Positions 30,581 through 38,965 of a stretch of 64,000 nucleotides of DNA are shown here, one piece after another. Source of the stretch: an uncultured Acetatifactor sp. (GTDB taxonomy: Bacteria > Bacillota > Clostridia > Lachnospirales > Lachnospiraceae); contig CAZAMX010000001.1 of the NCBI GenBank assembly GCA_964486095.1, forward strand, positions 3,391 to 67,390, read 5' to 3'. Under the pieces are notes generated by a model, which did no database searches, was not told where the DNA came from, and saw only the letters and a program-made list of their open reading frames with translations. How positions within the stretch are numbered: position 1 is the first letter of the stretch; every line of letters starts with the position of its first letter. The position numbers and the translations under genes are program-made.

Positions 30581-31165
30581 ATGGAGGCGGCTATGGACAT
30601 ACGGACATATCTCAATTTTTTGCATATAGCAGAGAAGCTGAAATGTAATACCAGGCATTCCTACACCTCTTCCGGACGCCGGGAGAGTGTGGCGGAGCAC
30701 AGCTGGCGGCTGGCTCTGATGGCATATCTGATCAGGGATGAATTTCCGGGCGTCAATATGGATAAGGTCATTTGTATGTGTCTGTTTCATGACATGGGGG
30801 AAGCCGTTACCGGAGACATTCCCTGTTTTGAAAAGACGGACCGGGACGAGGCGATAGAGGATAATGCGGTGAAAAGGCTGCTGGCGGAGCTGCCCGGGTC
30901 CTGCAGACAGGAGACAGAGCAGCTGTTTGCGGAAATGGGAGAACTGCAGACGAAAGAGGCAAGGCTGTATAAGGCGCTGGACAAGCTGGAGGCCTTGATA
31001 CAGCACAATGAGGCGGATATTTCCACCTGGATTCCCTTGGAATATGATCTGCAGATGACCTATGGGACGAAGGAGTGCGATTTTTCGGAATACCTTAAAA
31101 AATTGCGGGATGTGGTGAGGGAGGATTCCAGGGATAAGATAAAAGCGGCCTCCGGGAAGGAATAG
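30581..31165 (+). CDS. HD-domain protein (HD_3/YfbR-like nucleotidase)
   Basis: LK..RH, ESVAEHSWR, FHDMGEAVTGDIP, ALDKLEA; alternative start 30593. Confidence 0.88.
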   Translation: MEAAMDIRTYLNFLHIAEKLKCNTRHSYTSSGRRESVAEHSWRLALMAYLIRDEFPGVNMDKVICMCLFHDMGEAVTGDIPCFEKTDRDEAIEDNAVKRLLAELPGSCRQETEQLFAEMGELQTKEARLYKALDKLEALIQHNEADISTWIPLEYDLQMTYGTKECDFSEYLKKLRDVVREDSRDKIKAASGKE

Positions 31166-31240
31166 AAATTGACTACGGATGAAAAAGCAGGAGCAAAATC
31201 CGGCAGCCGGAAGGTGAGGTGAATGAGGGAGGTTTTAAGG

Positions 31241-31894
31241 ATGAGTGAAAGGACGACATGGATCAAAAAGACAGAAGCTTTTTTGCGGGAGACCTTTGAT
31301 AACAGCCTTTGGCTGAAGGAATTTCCGCTGGATAAGAATTATCGGCTGGAGCATTCCTTCCGGGTGGCCAACGCGGCAAGGCTGATTGCCGAAGGTGAGG
31401 GGATGGATGTGGAGGGGCTGGTGATTGCCGGTCTGCTCCATGATATTTCCTACAGCGAAGACTGGGGAAGCCGGGAAGAATGGTGGAACCATGGCAGGCG
31501 TTCCGCGCAGATTGCAAGACCTTTTTTGGAGAGTCTGGGCATGGAAGCACCGCGCATTCAGGAGATCTGTTACGGAATTGCCATACATGTGGACGGGAAG
31601 GCGGATTTTCCCGGGGAAGCCACGGCTTTTGCCCGGAGTGTGAGCGAGGCGGATGATGTGGACCGCTATGATGTATACCGCATTTATGAAGGAATGCAGC
31701 ACGACAGGTTCAGTGAGAAGAGCCTGGAGGAAAAGGAAAGCTGGCTTGCGGAAAAGCTGAAATGGGTGGAAACGCGGCTGGCAGACGAAGCGGCTACGAA
31801 AACGGCGGCCCGGCTGCTGGCAGAGCGGTTAAATTATCAAAAGGATTTTTATGGGAAACTGCAGGAGCAGCTGGGGAAGAGCAGGCTGAACTGA
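31241..31894 (+). CDS. HD-domain phosphohydrolase
   Basis: EHSFRV, GLLHDI, HG, IAIH, EADDVD. Confidence 0.85.
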   Translation: MSERTTWIKKTEAFLRETFDNSLWLKEFPLDKNYRLEHSFRVANAARLIAEGEGMDVEGLVIAGLLHDISYSEDWGSREEWWNHGRRSAQIARPFLESLGMEAPRIQEICYGIAIHVDGKADFPGEATAFARSVSEADDVDRYDVYRIYEGMQHDRFSEKSLEEKESWLAEKLKWVETRLADEAATKTAARLLAERLNYQKDFYGKLQEQLGKSRLN

Positions 31895-32078
31895 TTACCC
31901 AAAATGTCAAGTATTTTGAGTTCATCTTTGCTATAATGACTTTACGGTACCGAATAAAGTGTGAGAAGAATTTCTAAGACACCAAGAGGGTGCAGGGCAC
32001 ACCGCTTTGGTGCGTCGTCTAAGAAATTCTACGGCGCAGGCATTTTTCAAACGCAGGCGGAAAGGTATGGTCATTGGA

Positions 32079-32891
32079 ATGCAGAATATTGAACTGTTGA
32101 TGGCGTCGCTGGAATATATTGAAGGTCATCTGCAGGATGACATTAAAACAGAGGAAGTGGCGGCGGCATGCTTTTGCTCAAAATCCACTCTGGAAAAAAT
32201 GTTTCGGTGTGTGAACAATATTTCCGTCCATGATTATATTGTACGGCGGAGAATGATGCTGGCGGCCAGGGAGCTGTCAGACGGGAAAAATACGCCTATA
32301 TTGGCAGTAGCTCTGAAATACGGCTACAGCACACACGAATCTTTTGCACGTGCATTTGAACAGATCTGGAACTGTAAACCCTCAGAATTTCGCAGAGCGA
32401 AATACACTGAGCTGTTTCCGAGGTTTATTGCACCTCCGGAGAATGGAGACGAGTATATGATGCAGAGAAGACATGTGGACATCAGCGAATTGTATGATTT
32501 GTTTCAGGAGAGGAAGAACTGCCTGTTTATATGCAGTGACATCAAGTATATGACGCGGATCAACGACATATCCAGGAAGGCGGGAGATCTGGCAATCTTA
32601 GAGCAGATGCGCCGGCTGACTGCGGTGTCCGGGGAAAAGGACGTTGTTTTCCGCATTGGCGGGGACGAATTTTGTATTTTGACTGCCAGCAGCGACAGGG
32701 CTTATGCGGAGCAGGTGGCGGAGAAGATCAAGGCCATGAACGGAAAAACCTTTGAATACGAGGGGACACAGGTTCCGCTCTCCCTTTATGCGGCAGTGGC
32801 GGACGTGCAGAGCGGCGCACATTACGAGGAGCTGTATGCAGGACTGCACAACGCGATTAAGGAATGCAAGCCCTTTCAGGAAGAAGCGTAA
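32079..32891 (+). CDS. AraC-type HTH regulator fused to a GGDEF domain
   Basis: N-term YIE.HL...DYIVRRRM...VALKYGYSTHESFARAF...PSEFR; C-term DIKYM..IND...AGD...FRIGGDEF. Confidence 0.85.
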   Translation: MQNIELLMASLEYIEGHLQDDIKTEEVAAACFCSKSTLEKMFRCVNNISVHDYIVRRRMMLAARELSDGKNTPILAVALKYGYSTHESFARAFEQIWNCKPSEFRRAKYTELFPRFIAPPENGDEYMMQRRHVDISELYDLFQERKNCLFICSDIKYMTRINDISRKAGDLAILEQMRRLTAVSGEKDVVFRIGGDEFCILTASSDRAYAEQVAEKIKAMNGKTFEYEGTQVPLSLYAAVADVQSGAHYEELYAGLHNAIKECKPFQEEA

Positions 32892-32892
32892 A

Positions 32893-32975
32893 CTGCAGTA
32901 AAGCAAAACGGCTGTAAAGCGTAAACCGGCAGTAAAACGTCAGCGGCAGTAAAGCCCAAACAGCAGGAAAACAAA
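32893..32975 (+). repeat. Degenerate ~17-bp tandem repeat, 4-5 copies
   Basis: GCWGTAAA cores with GTAAA at 32898, 32914, 32932, 32949. Confidence 0.5.
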
Positions 32976-33011
32976 ATCGGAAAAATGTGGCAGATAAGCC
33001 TGTAAGGGGGT

Positions 33012-33038
33012 TAAGTTTTCCCGGATTTTCTCCGAAAT
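33012..33038 (+). promoter_or_regulatory. Putative sigma28 (SigD/FliA) promoter
   Basis: TAAG-N15-TCCGAAAT vs consensus TAAA-N15-GCCGATAT. Confidence 0.5.
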
Positions 33039-33121
33039 ATATGGCAGAGAGCGGAAGTCTCGAAGTAAACGGATTTACCGGCGTTTCTTAAAACACTGAA
33101 AATGCTATGGAGGGCAGAAAA

Positions 33122-33835
33122 ATGGAGAAGATTGGAAGCTACGGCGCTTATCAGAGCAGCATCTACGAGAAGAACAGGACTGCGGCAAACACCGCCAGAA
33201 CGGCAGAGACGAAAAATACGGCGGCCGCAAAAACAGACAATAAGGTAGAATTGAGCAGCGGCGCGAAAAAGCTGTTGAAGGAGCTGCATAATACTTATGG
33301 CAATACGGATTTCATGGTTGCCAATTACGAAACCGAGGAAGAGGCTGCGGCGTACCTTGCCAGGGGAACCGGTGATTACAGCGTTCTGCTGACTCCCGAA
33401 GAGCTGGAAAAAATGGCGGCAGATGAGGATTACAAAAAGAAGAACCTCAAGACTCTGGATGACGCGGTTGCAAAGCTGGATGATATGAAGAACCAGTTAG
33501 GCGACAAGGGAGAGGATGTCAAGCGTGTGGGCCTGACAATCGGGGACGACGGAAAGGTTTCTTATTTTGCGGAGCTGGAGAAGAGCAGCGAAAAACAGCG
33601 GGAGCGTATTGAAAAGCAGCGTGCCGCAAAGAAAGAAGAGGCGGCAAAGGCAGAGAAGGAGAAGGCCCAGGAGCGGCTTACGGACGGAAGCTTTATGAAA
33701 GAAGGTGTAAAGCGTACCACGTTATTTGCCGATTCCGTGAAGGAGCTGAAGGATAAAATTTCCCAGGTGGACTGGAATGCCATCAGGGAGGACGGAACCG
33801 GTACAACAGGCAACCGTTTTGATTTTACGGTGTAA
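33122..33835 (+). CDS. DUF6033-like protein
   Basis: LS..AK.LLKEL...YGN.DF.VA, ELEKMA.DE, G.TI.DDGKVSYFAELEK; GGAGG RBS. Confidence 0.65.
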   Translation: MEKIGSYGAYQSSIYEKNRTAANTARTAETKNTAAAKTDNKVELSSGAKKLLKELHNTYGNTDFMVANYETEEEAAAYLARGTGDYSVLLTPEELEKMAADEDYKKKNLKTLDDAVAKLDDMKNQLGDKGEDVKRVGLTIGDDGKVSYFAELEKSSEKQRERIEKQRAAKKEEAAKAEKEKAQERLTDGSFMKEGVKRTTLFADSVKELKDKISQVDWNAIREDGTGTTGNRFDFTV

Positions 33836-33881
33836 TCGTTAGATGTAGAGTTTTATGAGCTAAGGACATAGGCAAATCAGG

Positions 33882-33918
33882 AAACAGGCGGCATAATGCA
33901 CAACATGCTGCCTGTTTT
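33882..33918 (+). terminator. Intrinsic terminator
   Basis: AAACAGGCGGCAT-loop-ATGCTGCCTGTTTT. Confidence 0.65.
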
Positions 33919-34038
33919 GTATGCACAGTTTTCACAAATTTTTGCGACAATCTAAAATTGACTGACATTTTGGGGATTAATCTGTTAAAATAAGGATATA
34001 ACTTTAGTACAGGCAAATATCGGGAAAGGAGGCGTCCT

Positions 34039-34557
34039 GTGTTTGAGGTAGGCGAATATGTGGTATGCGGAAGCAAAGGGGTTTGTGTGGTGGAAAAAAT
34101 TACCACATTAGACATTGCGGGTGTAGATAAAGAGCGGAAATATTACATTTTGAAACCCAAGTATCAGAAGGGAAGCACGGTGTATGTGCCGGTGGATTCA
34201 CCAAAAGATTCCCTGCGGCCCGTGATCGGACGGGAAGAGGCTCAGAGGCTGGTAGATGGGATTCCGGATGTTCCTCTGCTTATCATTACGAGCGAAAAAT
34301 TATCGGAGCAGATTTATAAGGAATGTTTAAGAAGCGGAAGCTGTAAGGAGTGGGCCAGGATTATCAGGACCATCTGGCTGCGAAAGCAGGAGCGGCAGCA
34401 GGCCGGCCGGAAGGTTACCGCGGTGGACGCCAGATATTTCCAGATGGCCGAGGACAGCCTGTACGGCGAGCTGGCGGTGGCGCTTAACCTAAGCCGGGAC
34501 GAGGTGGAGGACTATATCGCAAAAAAGGCTTTACATTCCGAAAAAAAAGTACTATGA
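34039..34557 (+). CDS. carD: CarD family transcriptional regulator
   Basis: FEVGEYVV.G..GVC.V, YYIL.P, VYVPVD, LYGELA.AL; GTG start with AAGGAGG RBS. Confidence 0.85.
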   Translation: MFEVGEYVVCGSKGVCVVEKITTLDIAGVDKERKYYILKPKYQKGSTVYVPVDSPKDSLRPVIGREEAQRLVDGIPDVPLLIITSEKLSEQIYKECLRSGSCKEWARIIRTIWLRKQERQQAGRKVTAVDARYFQMAEDSLYGELAVALNLSRDEVEDYIAKKALHSEKKVL

Positions 34558-34625
34558 TGGAATATCATAAGTTCCATGCAATCAGATCAATGATATAAAA
34601 AATATAATAAAAAATTATATAAAGA

Positions 34626-34912
34626 AAAGCGATGAAGAGAACAGTAAGATGCAGGAAGGCAGCAGAGAAGGCCGCCCGCCTTTAAATTCAAGGCGGTGCT
34701 GAGAGCGGCTTGGCGGGAGAGCATCAAAAGACCATCTCAGAGCGGCCCCAATACGGCACGGAGGCTCCCGTTACGAGCAAATGAAGGTGGCAGGGCGCTT
34801 GGGGAATGTTTTTGATTAAAAAGCTGTATTTCGGAAGCGTTTTGCAACAAGGGTGGAACCGCGTTCGTGATAAGATACGTCCCTTGCAATAGAAATATTG
34901 CAGGGGACTTTT
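34626..34912 (+). promoter_or_regulatory. T-box riboswitch (Thr specifier ACC)
   Basis: GCGATGAAGAGAACAGTA stem I, AGAGA and GCTGAGA motifs, specifier ACC 34731-34733, CCGTTA stem IIA, T-box AAGGGTGGAACCGCG 34849-34863, terminator GTCCCTTGCAAT/ATTGCAGGGGAC-TTTT; upstream of thrS. Confidence 0.92.
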
Positions 34913-34968
34913 GACGTATACTCATTGGGCATATTGCCCAGGTGCGATTTTGAAAGGAGGCTCACAAT

Positions 34969-35226
34969 ATGAGTACAAGGATGAAGGAAAAATGGACAGT
35001 GCTGCAGGAAAAGTGGTTTGAGGGTGACGTGACCCTGCCGAAGGGAACATTATGGCTGGCGTGTACCGTATGCCTGCTGGCAGGTATCGTGTACGGGCTT
35101 AAGAAAGCTCCCTGGACCCATGGAGTGACAATTGGCAGCAATAACGGCAATAACAGCGGTAATTATGGCGGCAGCGGCAGTACTGCAGCCGATGAGGAAG
35201 AGAACGGAGAAGGGGAGGAAGCTTAA
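34969..35226 (+). CDS. Small single-TM hypothetical protein
   Basis: AAAGGAGG RBS; hydrophobic LWLACTVCLLAGIVYGL, then IGSNNGNN and acidic tail; stop 1 nt before thrS ATG. Confidence 0.7.
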   Translation: MSTRMKEKWTVLQEKWFEGDVTLPKGTLWLACTVCLLAGIVYGLKKAPWTHGVTIGSNNGNNSGNYGGSGSTAADEEENGEGEEA

Positions 35227-35227
35227 G

Positions 35228-37192
35228 ATGAAGATTACATTGAAGGACGGCTCCGCAAAGGAGTATGCGGAGGCCAAAAGCGTTTACGATATTGCCCTTG
35301 ACATCAGCGAGGGCCTGGCAAGAGCGGCCTGCTGCGCTTTAGTGGACGGAAAAGCAGTGGATTTGCGGACGGTGGTGGATCGGGATTGCGAGCTGCAGAT
35401 CTGCACTGCAGCCGATGAGGAAGGTCTGGCAGCCCTGCGGCATACCGCCTCCCATGTGCTGGCGGAGGCGGTGAAGAATCTGTTTCCCGACGCAAAGTTG
35501 ACCATTGGTCCCAGCATTGATACGGGTTTTTACTATGACTTTGATCATGCGCCTTTTTCCAGAGAGGATCTGGATGCCCTGGAGGCGGAGATGAAAAAGA
35601 TTATCAAGCAGGGGGCCAGGCTGGAGAAGTTTACCCTGCCCAGGGAGGAAGCAATCCGGCTGATGGAGGAAAAAGGAGAGCCCTATAAGGTGGAGCTGAT
35701 CCGGGATCTGCCGGAGGATGAGGAAATCTCTTTCTATCGCCAGGGAGACTTTGTGGATCTTTGCGCAGGTCCTCATCTTATGAATACAAAGGGTGTCAAG
35801 GCGTTCAAGCTGACTTCTTCCTCCATGTCTTACTGGCGGGGAGACTCAAATAAGGCCAGGCTTCAGCGTATTTACGGAACTGCTTTTTCCAAAAAGGAGG
35901 AGCTGGAGGAATATCTTGCGTACTGGGAGAATGTGAAAAACAGGGATCACAATAAGCTGGGCCGGGAAATGGAGCTGTTTACCACGGTGGATGTGATCGG
36001 GCAGGGGCTGCCGCTGCTGATGCCGAAAGGAGCAAAGATTATCCAGACCCTGCAGCGATGGATCGAGGATCTGGAGGACAATGAGTGGGGTTATATGCGC
36101 ACCAAGACGCCGCTGATGGCAAAAAGCGATCTGTATAAAATTTCCGGTCATTGGGATCATTATAAAGAAGGAATGTTTGTCTTCGGGGATGAGGAAAAGG
36201 ATAAAGAGGTATATGCGCTCCGGCCCATGACCTGCCCTTTTCAGTATTATGTCTATAAGGCAAGCCAGAAATCCTACAGGGATCTGCCCTGCCGCTACAG
36301 CGAGACCTCCACGCTGTTCCGCAACGAGGACTCCGGAGAGATGCACGGTTTGACGAGAGTACGCCAGTTTACCATTTCCGAGGGGCACCTGATCGTAAGG
36401 CCGGATCAGATGGTGGAGGAATTCAAAAACTGTCTTGCCCTGGCGAAGTACTGCCTGGAGACGCTGGGAGTCAATGAGGATGTGACTTACCATTTGTCAA
36501 AATGGGATCCTGAAAACAGGGAAAAATATATCGGCGAACCGGAGGTTTGGGAAGAGACCCAGGATCATATCAGACGGATTCTGCAGGAGCTGGAAATTCC
36601 TTTTAAAGAGGATGTGGGCGAGGCGGCTTTCTATGGTCCTAAGGTGGACATTAACGCAAAGAATGTCTACGGCAAGGAGGACACCATGATTACCGTTCAG
36701 TGGGATGCTCTGCTGGCGGAGCAGTTTGACATGTACTTTATTGATCAAAACGGAGATAAGGTACGTCCCTATATCATTCACAGAACCTCCATGGGCTGCT
36801 ATGAGAGAACCCTGGCCTGGCTGACGGAGAAATATGAGGGCAAGTTCCCCACCTGGCTTTGCCCGGAGCAGGTCCGTATTCTGCCTATCTCCGAAAAGTT
36901 TTCCGATTATGCGGGGAAAGTGGCGGCAGACTTAAAAAAGAACGGTGTGCTTGTGACAGTGGATGAGCGCTCGGAAAAGATCGGTTACAAGATCAGAGAG
37001 GCCAGGCTGGATAAGATTCCTTACATGCTGGTGGTCGGTCAAAAAGAAGAGGAAGAGGGGGTTGTGTCCGTGAGAAGCCGCTTCTTGGGAGACGAGGGAC
37101 AAAAATCCTTACAAGACTTTACGGAGCAGATCTGCGAAGAAATCCGCAGCAAAAGAATTCGCAGGGAGACGGTGCAGGAAGAGAATAAATAA
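35228..37192 (+). CDS. thrS: Threonine--tRNA ligase
   Basis: TGS domain, RHTASH, GFYYDF, DLCAGPH, RDHNKLG, RPMTCP, FRNE.SG..HGLTRVRQF, IIHR. Confidence 0.98.
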   Translation: MKITLKDGSAKEYAEAKSVYDIALDISEGLARAACCALVDGKAVDLRTVVDRDCELQICTAADEEGLAALRHTASHVLAEAVKNLFPDAKLTIGPSIDTGFYYDFDHAPFSREDLDALEAEMKKIIKQGARLEKFTLPREEAIRLMEEKGEPYKVELIRDLPEDEEISFYRQGDFVDLCAGPHLMNTKGVKAFKLTSSSMSYWRGDSNKARLQRIYGTAFSKKEELEEYLAYWENVKNRDHNKLGREMELFTTVDVIGQGLPLLMPKGAKIIQTLQRWIEDLEDNEWGYMRTKTPLMAKSDLYKISGHWDHYKEGMFVFGDEEKDKEVYALRPMTCPFQYYVYKASQKSYRDLPCRYSETSTLFRNEDSGEMHGLTRVRQFTISEGHLIVRPDQMVEEFKNCLALAKYCLETLGVNEDVTYHLSKWDPENREKYIGEPEVWEETQDHIRRILQELEIPFKEDVGEAAFYGPKVDINAKNVYGKEDTMITVQWDALLAEQFDMYFIDQNGDKVRPYIIHRTSMGCYERTLAWLTEKYEGKFPTWLCPEQVRILPISEKFSDYAGKVAADLKKNGVLVTVDERSEKIGYKIREARLDKIPYMLVVGQKEEEEGVVSVRSRFLGDEGQKSLQDFTEQICEEIRSKRIRRETVQEENK

Positions 37193-37342
37193 TGAAATAA
37201 GCCGTATATTTCTTCCGCAAATGTAAATACTTTTTTTAGTGTCCGGCCGGTAAGGGTGTGCCCCAAAAGCCGTATGCCCTTAGAGTGACACATAAAAAAC
37301 GTATGGGAAATGCGCTTAAAACGCGCATGAAAGGAGGAAATC

Positions 37343-37663
37343 ATGGCGGATCTGAAATGTTCGGTGGAAAATTGTACCTACAATGATCAGCATCTGTGCA
37401 GCAAGGGAGATATTATGGTGGGCGGAAAACATGCCGACTGCTGCGACGGCACCTGCTGCGAAAGCTTTTCGGAGAAGCGGGAAGGGCGGGATTCCTTTAA
37501 GAACTCCACCTGCCATCCCACAAAGACGATCAGTATTGACTGTGAGGCAACGCGCTGTGTCTACAATTCCAATTATAAGTGTACCGCGGGACATGTGGAC
37601 ATCAAGGGATGCGGAGCCTGCGACTGTCGGGAAACGGCATGCGCAACCTTTGAAGAAAGGTAA
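37343..37663 (+). CDS. DUF1540 tandem-domain Cys-rich protein
   Basis: Two C..NC.YN...C....I.V.G...T.C.(S/T)F repeats; AAGGAGG RBS. Confidence 0.85.
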   Translation: MADLKCSVENCTYNDQHLCSKGDIMVGGKHADCCDGTCCESFSEKREGRDSFKNSTCHPTKTISIDCEATRCVYNSNYKCTAGHVDIKGCGACDCRETACATFEER

Positions 37664-37685
37664 AATGTGTCCTGAAAAATCAAAC

Positions 37686-37727
37686 AAAAAGAGCCGGGCG
37701 TCCTGTTCTGATGGGCGCCCGGCTCTT
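37686..37727. terminator. Terminator between convergent genes
   Basis: AAAAAGAGCCGGGCGTCC...GGGCGCCCGGCTCTT. Confidence 0.75.
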
Positions 37728-37810
37728 GGTATTTTCGGATAAATGAGAATATGTCAAATATATGGTAGGATTATTCATTGCTTAATATCATGAAAACAGA
37801 TATATTTAAT

Positions 37811-38656
37811 TTATGAACCGGAATTTTTCCGGAAGCTGCCGGGAGTCATTCCCGTATGCTTTCTGAACTGCCGGCAGAAATGTTCCAGATTCTGGTATCC
37901 GCACTGCTCGCAGATTTCGACAATACTGTGATCCGTATAAATAAGCAGATCCTTGGCCTTACGGATCCGGCTCGCAATCACGTCATCCATGCAGGACAAT
38001 CCAAACTTCTGCTTGTAGAGCAGGTGCAGATGTCCCGTACTCATATGCAGCTGATCGGCCATTTTAGCCACGTTCCAATCCAGTTGAGGGTCGTTTATGA
38101 TCTGCCTGCGGAGCGTCAGAAGCTCGTGATCGTGAGGTATGGGTGCATGATGCTTTATATCGCTCTGAAGCTTTAAAAAGAGTATGTGCAAAAGCCGGGA
38201 AATGATCTGACCGCTTTCGCTGTCCGTCGAGTTGTAATCGGACGGCTTGTCACAGCCGGGCAGCATATCCGTGCCGGAACAGCGGGAAGAACGATAAATT
38301 TCCAGCCATTGGGCGGTTTCCCAGGTGAGCAGCTGAATCAGGCTGTGACAATATGCCGGATCCGATAAAGGAAACGGGCGGCCCGTAAAAGGAAAATTGC
38401 GGACGAAGGGCTCGTCGGATGCAAAGCGTATAAAGTCGTTTTCGTAAGCTTCCGCATCGGCGGCGTACCAGATTTTGTGATGAGGCGGATATAAAACAGC
38501 CTGGTGGGCGGGATATGCCACGATCTGATCATTCACCCGGAAACGTGCAGGGGTGCTGGTGATCAGCAAAAGATAGCAGTCGTAGCCTTCCGGAACCTCA
38601 AATACAAAATCGGCGGGATGCACTGCTGAATATCCTGCAAAATAAATGTGATTCAT
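37811..38656 (-). CDS. AraC family transcriptional regulator
   Basis: N-terminal cupin-like domain; C-terminal WNVAKMA..HMS, RIRKAKDLL, CGYQNLEHFCRQFRK.TGMTPG; GGAGG RBS. Confidence 0.93.
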   Translation of the reverse strand: MNHIYFAGYSAVHPADFVFEVPEGYDCYLLLITSTPARFRVNDQIVAYPAHQAVLYPPHHKIWYAADAEAYENDFIRFASDEPFVRNFPFTGRPFPLSDPAYCHSLIQLLTWETAQWLEIYRSSRCSGTDMLPGCDKPSDYNSTDSESGQIISRLLHILFLKLQSDIKHHAPIPHDHELLTLRRQIINDPQLDWNVAKMADQLHMSTGHLHLLYKQKFGLSCMDDVIASRIRKAKDLLIYTDHSIVEICEQCGYQNLEHFCRQFRKHTGMTPGSFRKNSGS

Positions 38657-38681
38657 ATTTAACCTCCATAATATCCTAATT

Positions 38682-38710
38682 ATTTTATCAGAATTGTCAG
38701 AGTATTTCAA
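38682..38710 (-). promoter_or_regulatory. sigmaA promoter for AraC gene
   Basis: Minus strand TTGAAA-N17-TAAAAT with TG extension. Confidence 0.6.
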
Positions 38711-38857
38711 CTGTTTGAGCTGGCATTCTGGTTTGTGTTTGCCTTACCGGTAGGAGTGTTGAAAAAATCGGCTTTTGGTCATGTTGACGGAGAAAAGCCG
38801 ATTTTTTTGTGCAGAATTTATCTTTTACCTGCGGTTCGATAATTCAGCAAAAAAAAG

Positions 38858-38886
38858 TTGACAAAATTGTCGGGGGGGGTTATACT
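38858..38886 (+). promoter_or_regulatory. sigmaA promoter of the uptake operon with a G8 tract in the spacer
   Basis: TTGACA-AAATTGTCGGGGGGGGT(17)-TATACT; palindrome GACAA-AA-TTGTC overlaps -35. Confidence 0.8.
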
Positions 38887-38965
38887 TAATTATGTCAATT
38901 TTTTAGAAACGGCTGCCCGGGATTTTTCGGGAAAATAAGCAGACATAAAAAAGGAGTCTGAAGTT

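Noticed and set aside
23218-31894. Defence island or integrated element (Lhr, Rpn, HD proteins)
   Set aside because: No integrase, att repeats or evident compositional shift; genes have separate promoters/terminators; Lhr is a common repair helicase.
32893-32975. CRISPR-like array
   Set aside because: Units are 16-18 bp, degenerate and abutting, with no unique spacers; no cas genes in the window.
37227-37304. Long imperfect hairpin after thrS as a novel ncRNA
   Set aside because: Most simply a terminator or 3'-end stabiliser of thrS; no recognisable RNA family motif.
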